Assembly: GCA_963695855.1 (NCBI GenBank)
Contig: CAVOHZ010000010.1
Location: 1,504,001 to 1,568,000, forward strand
Direction: 5' to 3'
DNA length: 64,000 nt
Origin: an uncultured Nitrososphaerales archaeon
Lineage (GTDB): Archaea > Thermoproteota > Nitrososphaeria > Nitrososphaerales > Nitrososphaeraceae
Part shown: positions 20,253 through 28,472 of the stretch, piece after piece
Numbering within the stretch: position 1 is the first letter of the stretch
How the letters are laid out: each line of letters begins with the position of its first letter
The notes under the pieces: generated by a model
Database searches by the model: none
What the model was told of the DNA's origin: nothing
The model's input: only the letters and a program-made list of their open reading frames with translations
Made by a program: the position numbers and the translations under genes

Positions 20253-21357
20253 TCAACAGGAACGGCAGAAACAAGAAGAAGAAGAGATACAGGCAGGCCT
20301 GGACTTCTTACTTTCCCACTTTTCCAGTCCACTGTTCCCCAGAACAATATCAACACAGAAAACCGAAGATAGCCAGATACCTGTAAACAGTATGGAAGAG
20401 GCATTAACTTATTACAGAAAATCAGAATTCAAAGATTGCAAGATTAATGCCTTTTACTATTCGAAATTGGAAGACACAACAATAGGAGGTTTATTCTGGC
20501 ATCCAGATTTAATATTCATTGATTTAGATTTACAGGATTTTAAGAGTGAAAAGGCTTTAAAGTTTGCACTTGCCAAGACTTTGAACAATATTGCCGATGA
20601 ATTGGGCAGTAATTCCGCAGTTCCTACAGTACTTCACAGCGGGGGAGGATACCACGTCATACAACCGGTAGACTGTCCGGTACCGTTAGAGAGTATCCAG
20701 AATGTAAAAGAGTTCATGGAGATACCGAACCCTTCAGAAATATTTTTGAGGTTTGCCAAAGACTTTCTATCGAATGGAAAGGCAGACAAGAAGAATAATC
20801 CTTCCTTCAAATCCTGCATGTTAAGGATTCCAGGTTCCATTAATTCCAGACGTAATGGCAAGAACGTTAGAATTATTCAACGTTGGAACCGATACAGGCC
20901 ACGAATAACGAAAGAGTTGATAATAGAGTTCCAGGGCTGGTTGATACAGAAGAAGATACACAAAAGGATAGAACAGGAAAAAATAGATAGGGAGAGACAA
21001 GCAAGAAGGAAGCAATTACCTGCAGGTTACAATATCAATTATTACGAGTGGATAGAAAAATTATTAGATACAGGAATAGAAGACTGCAGGAAAACATGTG
21101 TAGGTTTGATTCTAGCACCCTATCTTATTCATGTGAAGGGATTATCGTATGAGACTTCCAGACAAATAATCAAAAACTGGTTACAGAAATGTGACTCCCT
21201 TAGGAAGTTAGATAGAGGTTTTGATTCCAGAATAAGAGACGCTTTAAGAAGTTCACAAAGGAAACAGATTCCCCCAATGTCCAGACAGAAAATTAAATTG
21301 GATAATGCTTATGAAACACTTCATAATATATTATCTAATAAGGGAATTAACGGTTAG
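20236..21357 (+). CDS. Archaeo-eukaryotic primase fused to a PriX-like domain
   Basis: AEP motifs IFIDLD, SGGGYH, LRIPGSIN; C-terminal WIEKLL...DCRK...YLIHVKGLS resembles PriX. Confidence 0.82.
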   Translation: MMLSSSQQERQKQEEEEIQAGLDFLLSHFSSPLFPRTISTQKTEDSQIPVNSMEEALTYYRKSEFKDCKINAFYYSKLEDTTIGGLFWHPDLIFIDLDLQDFKSEKALKFALAKTLNNIADELGSNSAVPTVLHSGGGYHVIQPVDCPVPLESIQNVKEFMEIPNPSEIFLRFAKDFLSNGKADKKNNPSFKSCMLRIPGSINSRRNGKNVRIIQRWNRYRPRITKELIIEFQGWLIQKKIHKRIEQEKIDRERQARRKQLPAGYNINYYEWIEKLLDTGIEDCRKTCVGLILAPYLIHVKGLSYETSRQIIKNWLQKCDSLRKLDRGFDSRIRDALRSSQRKQIPPMSRQKIKLDNAYETLHNILSNKGING

Positions 21358-21416
21358 ATTAGGTTATGATGATGGTACTAGTTAATTTGTATAGATATGA
21401 GGTGTCATTAAAGTAA

Positions 21417-21872
21417 TTGGGTGGAAGTTTCAAAAATAGAGAGAGTCAGATTTTAATGCCTTTGGTCGCAGACTGTGTTAACTATGGCCTTTCAGAACCG
21501 GAAGCATTAGCGTATATCAAAACAAGGTTAGGAAGGACAATATCTCCAGGAACTTACTATAATCGCAAAAAAAAGGTAGATAGTGGAGAGTACGCCAATC
21601 AATGGATGTCCTACTACACCAGAGTAGGTTTTTTGGTTACCCACAAAAAGATTATTGATGTAATTGAAACCATTCAAAAGGACACATTAAGAGATTACCT
21701 TATCGAAAACAGTAAACCACACGAACAGAAAAATATGGATTTAATCCAGAAGTTAAGATATGAGATTAGAGAGAATTCAAAGTTAATTCAAGATTTAAGT
21801 CTAGGAAGTCCAATCATTGCACAGATTAAAGCGAAGATAGAACATGCTGAAAGTATTTCAACAGGCAAGTAA
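21417..21872 (+). CDS. HTH/coiled-coil protein, putative terminase small subunit
   Basis: HTH-like N-terminus, helical C-terminus, overlaps the TerL start; assignment is positional. Confidence 0.5.
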   Translation: MGGSFKNRESQILMPLVADCVNYGLSEPEALAYIKTRLGRTISPGTYYNRKKKVDSGEYANQWMSYYTRVGFLVTHKKIIDVIETIQKDTLRDYLIENSKPHEQKNMDLIQKLRYEIRENSKLIQDLSLGSPIIAQIKAKIEHAESISTGK

Positions 21873-23283
21873 CGTTCTATCCCTGGACCCTTCTGAAATC
21901 TCAAATTCTAAATTTGAGATATTCAAGGATAAACCCTTTTGGATATGGGACGTAACAGAGCATCACGACGAACAATTGGCAACTATGGGTAATTGCTGCT
22001 TTAATCACGTGTTGGGCCTACCTAAAAAGGATGGAATTAGTAAAGAACTATTTGATTATGAGAAAGTAGTTCTCGACCTGTTACAGTATGATAAATGTCT
22101 GTGGATTCTCAAGAGTACGGGTTTAGGAATTACCGAACTATTCCTAAGATATATGGCCTGGTTATGTCTACGTAATAATGATTATCAAGGTTCTCAATTC
22201 GTAATAGTTACAGGACCTAATTGGCACTTGTCCAAGAAGTTAATAACAAGAATGAAAAAGTTGTTTGAACCACTTGGAATTTACTTTGATAGTAAGGAGA
22301 CGTTACTGAATCTTAATAACGTGGCTATCGAATCATTTCCAAGTCATCACGTAGACTCTTTTAGATCATTGGACAATCCCAAGTTTATTCTGTTGGATGA
22401 ATGTGACTTCTTTTCTAAAGGTCAGCAGGAAGATGTAAGGGCCGTAGCAGAGAGGTACATAGCCAAATCAAACCCCTACATAGTTTTGGTTAGTACGCCT
22501 AATCAACCTGGGGGTCTAATGGAATCAATAGAGAGGGAAGAGGAAGATGGTACTTGCCTTTATAAGAGAATTAAACTAGATTACAGATATGGACTTGCTA
22601 AAATATATTCAACGGAAGATATTGAGAAGGCCAAGCAGTCCCCGTCATTTGATAGAGAATACGACCTAAAGTATCTGGGTAAGATTGGGAACGTGTTTTC
22701 ACTAACGGATATTGATAAAGCCGTCGAGTTGGGAATCAAGTATCAAGACTTACCTATCAATCATGGCTGTCTTCACCCCGTAGGCATTGATCCAGGCTTT
22801 AGTTCGTCGGTTACAGCCATAACCGTTTGTGAGATAGATTTAGAGAACCAGGTAGTAAGGGTCATACTATCGGAAGAACATGATAAGGCAAGTCCTTCAG
22901 TCGTGGCGGACAGAATATTTCAAATACATACACAGATACCCAACTGCCTGTTTTTCGTAGATTCTGCCAATAGAGGTTTCACCAACGAATTAAAATCCAG
23001 GTTCGGGGAATCTTTAACATGGGAAAGATCCGAAGACGTATCAATTTATGATAATTATATTATTCCTATTTCCTTTCAAAAAAATCACAAATCAATGTTA
23101 GAATGGACATATAATCTTCTATCAAAGAAGAAGATTGCAATAGATCCCAAGTACCAGAAACTGATACTATCCTTAAAATCTGCGTACGGTACCGAGTTCG
23201 ATCTTGACAAGAATATCACCATATACTCAGATTTTTTAGACTCCTTACGTTTATCTTTAAGAGGTGTGATACTGAGGGAGTGA
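21844..23283 (+). CDS. terL: Terminase large subunit-like ATPase-nuclease
   Basis: Deviant Walker A KSTGLGIT, Walker B ILLDE, coupling motif STP, F.REY, RNase H-fold GIDPG / FVDSA / DFLDS. Confidence 0.85.
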   Translation: MLKVFQQASNVLSLDPSEISNSKFEIFKDKPFWIWDVTEHHDEQLATMGNCCFNHVLGLPKKDGISKELFDYEKVVLDLLQYDKCLWILKSTGLGITELFLRYMAWLCLRNNDYQGSQFVIVTGPNWHLSKKLITRMKKLFEPLGIYFDSKETLLNLNNVAIESFPSHHVDSFRSLDNPKFILLDECDFFSKGQQEDVRAVAERYIAKSNPYIVLVSTPNQPGGLMESIEREEEDGTCLYKRIKLDYRYGLAKIYSTEDIEKAKQSPSFDREYDLKYLGKIGNVFSLTDIDKAVELGIKYQDLPINHGCLHPVGIDPGFSSSVTAITVCEIDLENQVVRVILSEEHDKASPSVVADRIFQIHTQIPNCLFFVDSANRGFTNELKSRFGESLTWERSEDVSIYDNYIIPISFQKNHKSMLEWTYNLLSKKKIAIDPKYQKLILSLKSAYGTEFDLDKNITIYSDFLDSLRLSLRGVILRE

Positions 23284-23302
23284 TAAAGAGGTGGATAGAT
23301 AA

Positions 23303-23536
23303 ATGCCAGGAAATTGTAAGGAAAGTGAAACAAGTTGGTGTCCTCGTTGTCTAGAAGCAGGAATTCATGTTCAATTAATTCCCCGTCTATACAGAAAAGA
23401 GGAATTAATTAATGGCGAATTACCACAGGACTCTTATGACTGGTTACAGTGTTGGGATTGCGGCCATATCATGCATGATTGGAGAACAATAGAAGATATA
23501 TGCCTGGAATTAAAAAGAGAAGAGATTATTTTGTAA
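23303..23536 (+). CDS. Zn-ribbon protein (paralog A)
   Basis: CPRC...CWDCGH; GAGGTG SD upstream. Confidence 0.7.
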   Translation: MPGNCKESETSWCPRCLEAGIHVQLIPRLYRKEELINGELPQDSYDWLQCWDCGHIMHDWRTIEDICLELKREEIIL

Positions 23537-23964
23537 CTACTGCAGGAAATAATTATTATGATAATAATAATGACGACGATTACGACAAAGATACAAAAAA
23601 GTATTGTGTGACTTGTGAAGGTTATGGTTTTAGTGTCGAATTGGGTCCACGTATCTATACACCTGAAGAAAGGATAAACGGTAAGAATCCAGCGGATGCG
23701 GATAACTGGTTAATGTGTGAGAACGGTCATATAGTTGCACAGGTCCACGCTAAACAGACAACGACAATAGTAGGGATAAAGGAAGTTCATGATTCTATAT
23801 ATGACAGTAAAAAAGTGGTAGTTAAACACTTCATAAAACCACGTAGAAAGTTAAATGTAAACAGAGGTGTAATAAGAACAAACGCGGAAGATGATCCAGA
23901 TATACAAAGACATTTAGAAGGAGGAGCCCGATTAATCAGTTATGTATCTTCAGAGGACATATAA
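23479..23964 (+). CDS. Zn-ribbon protein (paralog B)
   Basis: CVTC...CENGH; aligns with paralog A; start uncertain. Confidence 0.65.
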   Translation: MENNRRYMPGIKKRRDYFVTTAGNNYYDNNNDDDYDKDTKKYCVTCEGYGFSVELGPRIYTPEERINGKNPADADNWLMCENGHIVAQVHAKQTTTIVGIKEVHDSIYDSKKVVVKHFIKPRRKLNVNRGVIRTNAEDDPDIQRHLEGGARLISYVSSEDI

Positions 23965-24030
23965 TAAACAAAATAAGTTCTGGAATTTTTTTAAGAAAAT
24001 TATTTGATAATAAACTGAATACTATTATTT

Positions 24031-24297
24031 CTAATCATGTTGTTGTTTGAAATGAAGACGTTTCTTATAAAGAGCAATTTCTAATATCATATTTCTTGTG
24101 AATTGACTGTATTCTGAATTTAATCTTCTTATTATTTGTTGAACATTATTTACTGTATATTCCATATTTTTTGCTAAGAGATCACAAAAAATCTTTTCCA
24201 CTTTTTCTTCGTCTTGTGGATGAATCATATGTTTATTTCTTACTGCTTGGTCAAGATTTTTCAAAATAGTTTCATAGTCGTCTTCGGTAATACTCAT
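24031..24297 (-). CDS. Hypothetical helical protein
   Basis: 88-aa ORF with ATG start. Confidence 0.55.
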   Translation of the reverse strand: MSITEDDYETILKNLDQAVRNKHMIHPQDEEKVEKIFCDLLAKNMEYTVNNVQQIIRRLNSEYSQFTRNMILEIALYKKRLHFKQQHD

Positions 24298-24358
24298 TTT
24301 TTAAATATATTTCGGAATCTGTAATAAATTTTTTTTGATATAATATTCTTTGAAGTTT

Positions 24359-24523
24359 TTATTGATTTCTTCTTTTCTTAAGATAATCATCCAGGGCTTC
24401 AGTAATTAGTTCAGTTAGGGTTTTTTTATCATCTATTGCTAAATGTTTCAAGTCCCTTAACATCTGATGGGGTAATCTAATCGTGGTCTTACTGATCGCC
24501 TCCTCCTCTTCTTCTTCCTTCAT
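24359..24523 (-). CDS. Ribbon-helix-helix (CopG/ParG-like) regulator, 54 aa, missing from the ORF track
   Basis: Manual translation MKEEEEEEAISKTTIRLPHQMLRDLKHLAIDDKKTLTELITEALDDYLKKRRNQ. Confidence 0.8.
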   Translation of the reverse strand: MKEEEEEEAISKTTIRLPHQMLRDLKHLAIDDKKTLTELITEALDDYLKKRRNQ

Positions 24524-24655
24524 TTAATAGTTGTTGGCTTGTTGCCATATAATTTACTATTCATTTCTATGCTTATAATGATTACCATCTTGTTGTCAAA
24601 ACAGATAATCATATATATTTAAATATGCTCATGAGTATAGCGATTTAGTATTATT

Positions 24656-25330
24656 ATGGCTAAAGGAAGAGTATCAGTAGAACAAAAACCAAAGAAGATC
24701 GCAAAGATTTTAGAGGGATATAATAACAAGACGGAGGAAAGTTACAAGAAAAATGAATTAGAAGTACCAGAACGCCTAGACTTTCAGATAAAGCATTTTT
24801 TGATGCTTGTTGATGCTGAGAAATACCCTGTTGAAAAAGAAGTTACAAGAGTTATCCGATTAAAGGCAATAGACTACAATTCAAAGAGAAGAGAAATGAA
24901 AGAGTTTCTAGTCTGGTATGAGAACTGGTTTGGTAAAGACTGGCAAGGAAGGAAAGTCCCGCCGGTTACTGATCATGTAGAAGGCAGGTACTACGAGCAG
25001 GATTTAGAACCTGTCGTTGAAAGACACCAGATAACTGGTTATGATAGAACAGGACAGCATGAAGTTCACTACGTACCTTTTAGCAAGAAAGCAGTAGACG
25101 AAATAATTGCTAAATCAACTTATGACAATAAAAGCCAAATCAAATTCGTAGTAAAAACTCCAACAATCAGAAATGATTCATTTACTTATGAACAATTTGT
25201 TAATACGCCATGGGATGAATGCATTACAATGATAATGACCAATGGAGGACCACCACGATACGAATACGATAAGAAGCAGCAAGAGCAGAAAGACGCCAAA
25301 ACACTAGAACAGAATAAGCAGTACTCTTGA
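24656..25330 (+). CDS. Hypothetical protein of the element
   Basis: 224-aa ORF, TATA-like TTTAAATA upstream, T-rich tract downstream. Confidence 0.75.
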   Translation: MAKGRVSVEQKPKKIAKILEGYNNKTEESYKKNELEVPERLDFQIKHFLMLVDAEKYPVEKEVTRVIRLKAIDYNSKRREMKEFLVWYENWFGKDWQGRKVPPVTDHVEGRYYEQDLEPVVERHQITGYDRTGQHEVHYVPFSKKAVDEIIAKSTYDNKSQIKFVVKTPTIRNDSFTYEQFVNTPWDECITMIMTNGGPPRYEYDKKQQEQKDAKTLEQNKQYS

Positions 25331-25483
25331 TTCTTATTTTTATTTATTTTTGAATGAACTAGATTTTGAAAAATAATCTAACGAGAAAATAAAAGAAGAT
25401 TAGAATAAAAGTATATTTAAAAAATTATATTGCATATAAAAAAATATTAAATAAAATATTAAATATTTAATAAAATTGAAATT

Positions 25484-26083
25484 TTATTTAAGATCTGATA
25501 GGTCATTTTTGATTTTGATCATATCAATACACTTTCTAACCACAATATCAGAGAAGTAATCTTCTTCTATCGCTTTATCATTAAAATGACCTGTTTTATC
25601 TAATTCGGCGAAAACTTCCAACAATAATTTTCTGCCTAAATCAGTATATTTATAGATCGCTTTATCATTAAAATGACCTGTTTTATCTAATTCGGCGAAA
25701 ACTTCCAACAATAATTTTCTGCCTAAATCAGTATATTTATAGATCGCTTTATCATTAAAATGACCTGTTTTATCTAATTCGGCGAAAACTTCCAACAATA
25801 ATTTTCTGCCTAAATCAGTATATTTATAGAATTTACCCCTACCTTCTTTCGCATCCTTCAGAGAAGCCGCTATACAATACCAACGACATTTTTCATCAAT
25901 GTATATTCTTCTACTACCTTCCTTACCGCCCTGTTCGAATACAAATTCTATTATCTTATTACACTTAGGGTCCAGAATTATTACCTGACCTTCTTCATCC
26001 AGAATTACCTGACCTTCTTCATACAGAATTACCTTACCTTCTTCATCGTTATTGTTATTATTGTCGTCGTCTCTAGTAGTCAT
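25484..26083 (-). CDS. Hypothetical protein with internal repeats
   Basis: 3 x 29-aa exact repeat and 3 x EEG(K/Q)VI repeat; coupled to the upstream RHH gene by an ATGA overlap. Confidence 0.6.
   Translation of the reverse strand: MTTRDDDNNNNNDEEGKVILYEEGQVILDEEGQVIILDPKCNKIIEFVFEQGGKEGSRRIYIDEKCRWYCIAASLKDAKEGRGKFYKYTDLGRKLLLEVFAELDKTGHFNDKAIYKYTDLGRKLLLEVFAELDKTGHFNDKAIYKYTDLGRKLLLEVFAELDKTGHFNDKAIEEDYFSDIVVRKCIDMIKIKNDLSDLK
25569..25829. repeat. Perfect 87-bp tandem triplication
   Basis: Units start at 25569, 25656 and 25743. Confidence 0.95.
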
Positions 26084-26226
26084 TTCTGTGATTTCCCCTT
26101 ACTATCATAATAATCCAGCAGTCTTCTAATAATATCGTCATAAGTTTCTGTCTTCTTTCCCTTATCGGTTAGTCTTTCGTAAGTATCATCTTTTACTTTA
26201 ATCAACTTAGTCAACTGAGTACTCAT
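26080..26226 (-). CDS. Small RHH/antitoxin-like DNA-binding protein
   Basis: MSTQLTKLIKVKDDTYERL...ETYDDIIRRLL; same pattern as 16911-17099; start moved to 26226. Confidence 0.75.
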   Translation of the reverse strand: MSTQLTKLIKVKDDTYERLTDKGKKTETYDDIIRRLLDYYDSKGKSQK

Positions 26227-26227
26227 A

Positions 26228-26312
26228 GGTAAACTATAAGGGTAAATAAATATAAGTCTACCCATTAAACCCAATAAACCTAGTTAACTATATATTAGTA
26301 AACTGGGTTTAC
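26228..26312. promoter_or_regulatory. Divergent promoter region with TAAAC repeats and palindromes
   Basis: GTAAAC-tgg-GTTTAC (26298-26312), TAGTTAACTA (26281-26290), further TAAAC copies. Confidence 0.45.
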
Positions 26313-26319
26313 CACACGC

Positions 26320-26664
26320 ATGAAACAAACAGTTTCTAAAATAGTAAAACAAGAAAAGCGCAATAGGAGAGAGGGAGTAGGCCGGTGTATGGCCATATCC
26401 CAAAAAATCTACCGTCTCCAAAACAGTGAAACGTTCTACGTTGAGTCGGAGAGCAGTACTTCACGTTATTATTTCGTGAGATATAACCCCTCTGTTTTCG
26501 AGTGGTGTTCCTGCAAAGATTATGAATCGAACCGTTCAGAAAAATGTAAACATCTGTACGCGGTAGAATACGGAATAAGGTTCAATACAATACAGGAAGT
26601 AGAGCATTTCTCACAGGAAGCAAGAAAGGGCCTATCATATCAGGACGACGAATATTCTTTTTAA
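26320..26664 (+). CDS. SWIM-type Zn-finger protein
   Basis: WCSCKDY...KCKHLYAV (CxC...CxH). Confidence 0.85.
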   Translation: MKQTVSKIVKQEKRNRREGVGRCMAISQKIYRLQNSETFYVESESSTSRYYFVRYNPSVFEWCSCKDYESNRSEKCKHLYAVEYGIRFNTIQEVEHFSQEARKGLSYQDDEYSF

Positions 26665-26688
26665 CTGGAGAGGAGATGATAAAAATGA

Positions 26689-26982
26689 GTGATAGAAGTC
26701 GGGCAATGTTTGAATTGTGGACATGAATTCCTACAGCATCCAGGCGGGCAATGCTATCTTTGCGACTGCGTAAAATGGGAATTGAAGCAACAGCAGCAGT
26801 ATAAGCAGGAAATAAAAGACATTCAGAAAATATATGAATCCCTAAATTTCTATTATATGAAACTTGTATCAAACCAATCAGAAGATTCAAAATATCAAAT
26901 GATACTCAAAGATTTAGAAGACATGAAAGACAGACTCTATGCGTTGAGACTGCATATAGAGGAATATTTCCAGAACCAATAA
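26689..26982 (+). CDS. Zn-finger plus coiled-coil protein
   Basis: CLNCGHEFLQH...CYLCDC followed by a helical tail. Confidence 0.55.
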   Translation: MIEVGQCLNCGHEFLQHPGGQCYLCDCVKWELKQQQQYKQEIKDIQKIYESLNFYYMKLVSNQSEDSKYQMILKDLEDMKDRLYALRLHIEEYFQNQ

Positions 26983-26998
26983 AGAAAGTAATAATTAT

Positions 26999-28406
26999 TC
27001 ATTTTTTCCCTAATGTAAATTTTCTTTTCTGTCTTTCTAATATCTTTTTTTCTCGTGTTTCTCGTTTCTTATCAGAAATTGGTTCCTCTTTGTTGACGGG
27101 GGAAGTAGTGACTCCTTCGTCATGATAGAATTCCATTGCTTCTTTGGGAGGAATATACATCCCCATCTTTTCAAAATCTTTTACAAGGAACTTCTTCTGA
27201 TAGTCCATCTTCATGCCCTGGAATTTTTGCATGGATTGTATAATGTATTGAACCTGAGTCTGAAGGGTTGCAATCTGGCTATCTCTCTCGATAATTTGGT
27301 TCTGTAGTTGGTAATCCTTAACCGATACCTCTTTTTTCAGTTCGGTGTTTTCAAGTTTAACCTTGTTCTCTTCATTTATCGTTAATGGTTCTATAACCTT
27401 CACATATTCCGCCAGTAGTTTGCTATCGTCATCCTTTCCTGTCTTGAAGTAATGCCTGTCCAAACCCATGCCCGCTTTATGTCCCATAAAATATTCTTTT
27501 ATCGTCTGTTTAACATCATGCCAGATACATGCATTATCAAAAATCGTTCTAAAGACATGCGCACGGGGCCTCTGTTTCCTAACCCTTCCACTCTCGGAAT
27601 GACTCTTACTCTCTATCTTTGTCTTGGTTTCTAGGTGTGCGTCATATCTCAGACGTTCCAGCATTTTTGCAATTGTTTTAGGTGTGTAAAAACCCTTATG
27701 TTTGAATTTACGGATACTTTCTGTCTTATGTGTCATGAATGGTGAATCTGGTGTCAGTGTTTCACCGTTCTTTTCTCTATCTTCCTGATACTCCTTTATG
27801 ACTTGCGCACATTCAGGAGTACAGAACACTTCATACCTTGCGTTTATATCGTAACTGTAAGGTGTAAACTTGTAAAGTTTGTATTCTTCTATATACTTTG
27901 TATCTCCAATACGCAATTCTGCAAGTGCGGTAACCCTCATTCCTGTAGTTAGCAAGGTAAGCAATGCAACCTTTTCCGTCAAGTCGGCATGGGACAGCAT
28001 TGATTTTATCTCTTCATTTTCATAGGGTTTCTTATCAACTTGCAGTCTAGCCTTGCCTTTTATTCTTGATAATTCCTTCCAGTTTGGTATATCCCTCCGA
28101 TTCATGTCATAAAAAAATTTGATTGCTGACATTGTAAGGTTCATATAAAAATTTGATTGCTGACATTGTAAGGTTCATATCCGAATACGAGACGTTGCTG
28201 GCCTTCCTGCGATTCATATAATTGCTTATTGCATTGAACAAGTCGTCCCCTTCAAGTTCCAACAACTGTTCATATCCATCAAATTTAAGGAATTTTAGGA
28301 AGCCTTTGAGGTGATAACTGTATGTTAACCTTGTTTCATCACTCTGACATGCCTTCTCAAAGTTCTCAAAAGGCGTGTATATTGGTGTGTAAGACGCTTT
28401 TTTCAA
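26999..28406 (-). pseudogene. Tyrosine recombinase/integrase, frameshifted by a 34-bp duplication (457 aa if repaired)
   Basis: TTGMR, HVFR, MGH and RHY catalytic motifs in 26999-28144; N-terminal part in 28107-28406. Confidence 0.88.
28113..28180. repeat. Perfect 34-bp tandem duplication inside the integrase
   Basis: aaaaatttgattgctgacattgtaaggttcatat at 28113-28146 and 28147-28180. Confidence 0.95.
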
Positions 28407-28432
28407 CCATTTTCCATGCGGATTCCTTTAAT

Positions 28433-28472
28433 TTAAGGTACAACTTCACTTCATAAATTATAGATTATGACG
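28433..28472. repeat. Right terminal repeat / putative attR core
   Basis: cttcataa-(8 bp)-ttatgacg inverted arms; inner arm matches the left end in inverted orientation. Confidence 0.55.

Larger units (their letters stand above)
16800..28459. mobile_element. Integrated element (~11.7 kb) with integrase, primase, replication ATPase and terminase; no capsid gene recognised
   Basis: Visible GC increase, mobile-element gene set, imperfect terminal inverted repeats, integrase at the right end. Confidence 0.85.

Noticed and set aside
25400-25483. AAAATATTAAAT repeats as an origin
   Set aside because: Low-complexity AT tract between convergent genes, best explained as a terminator region.
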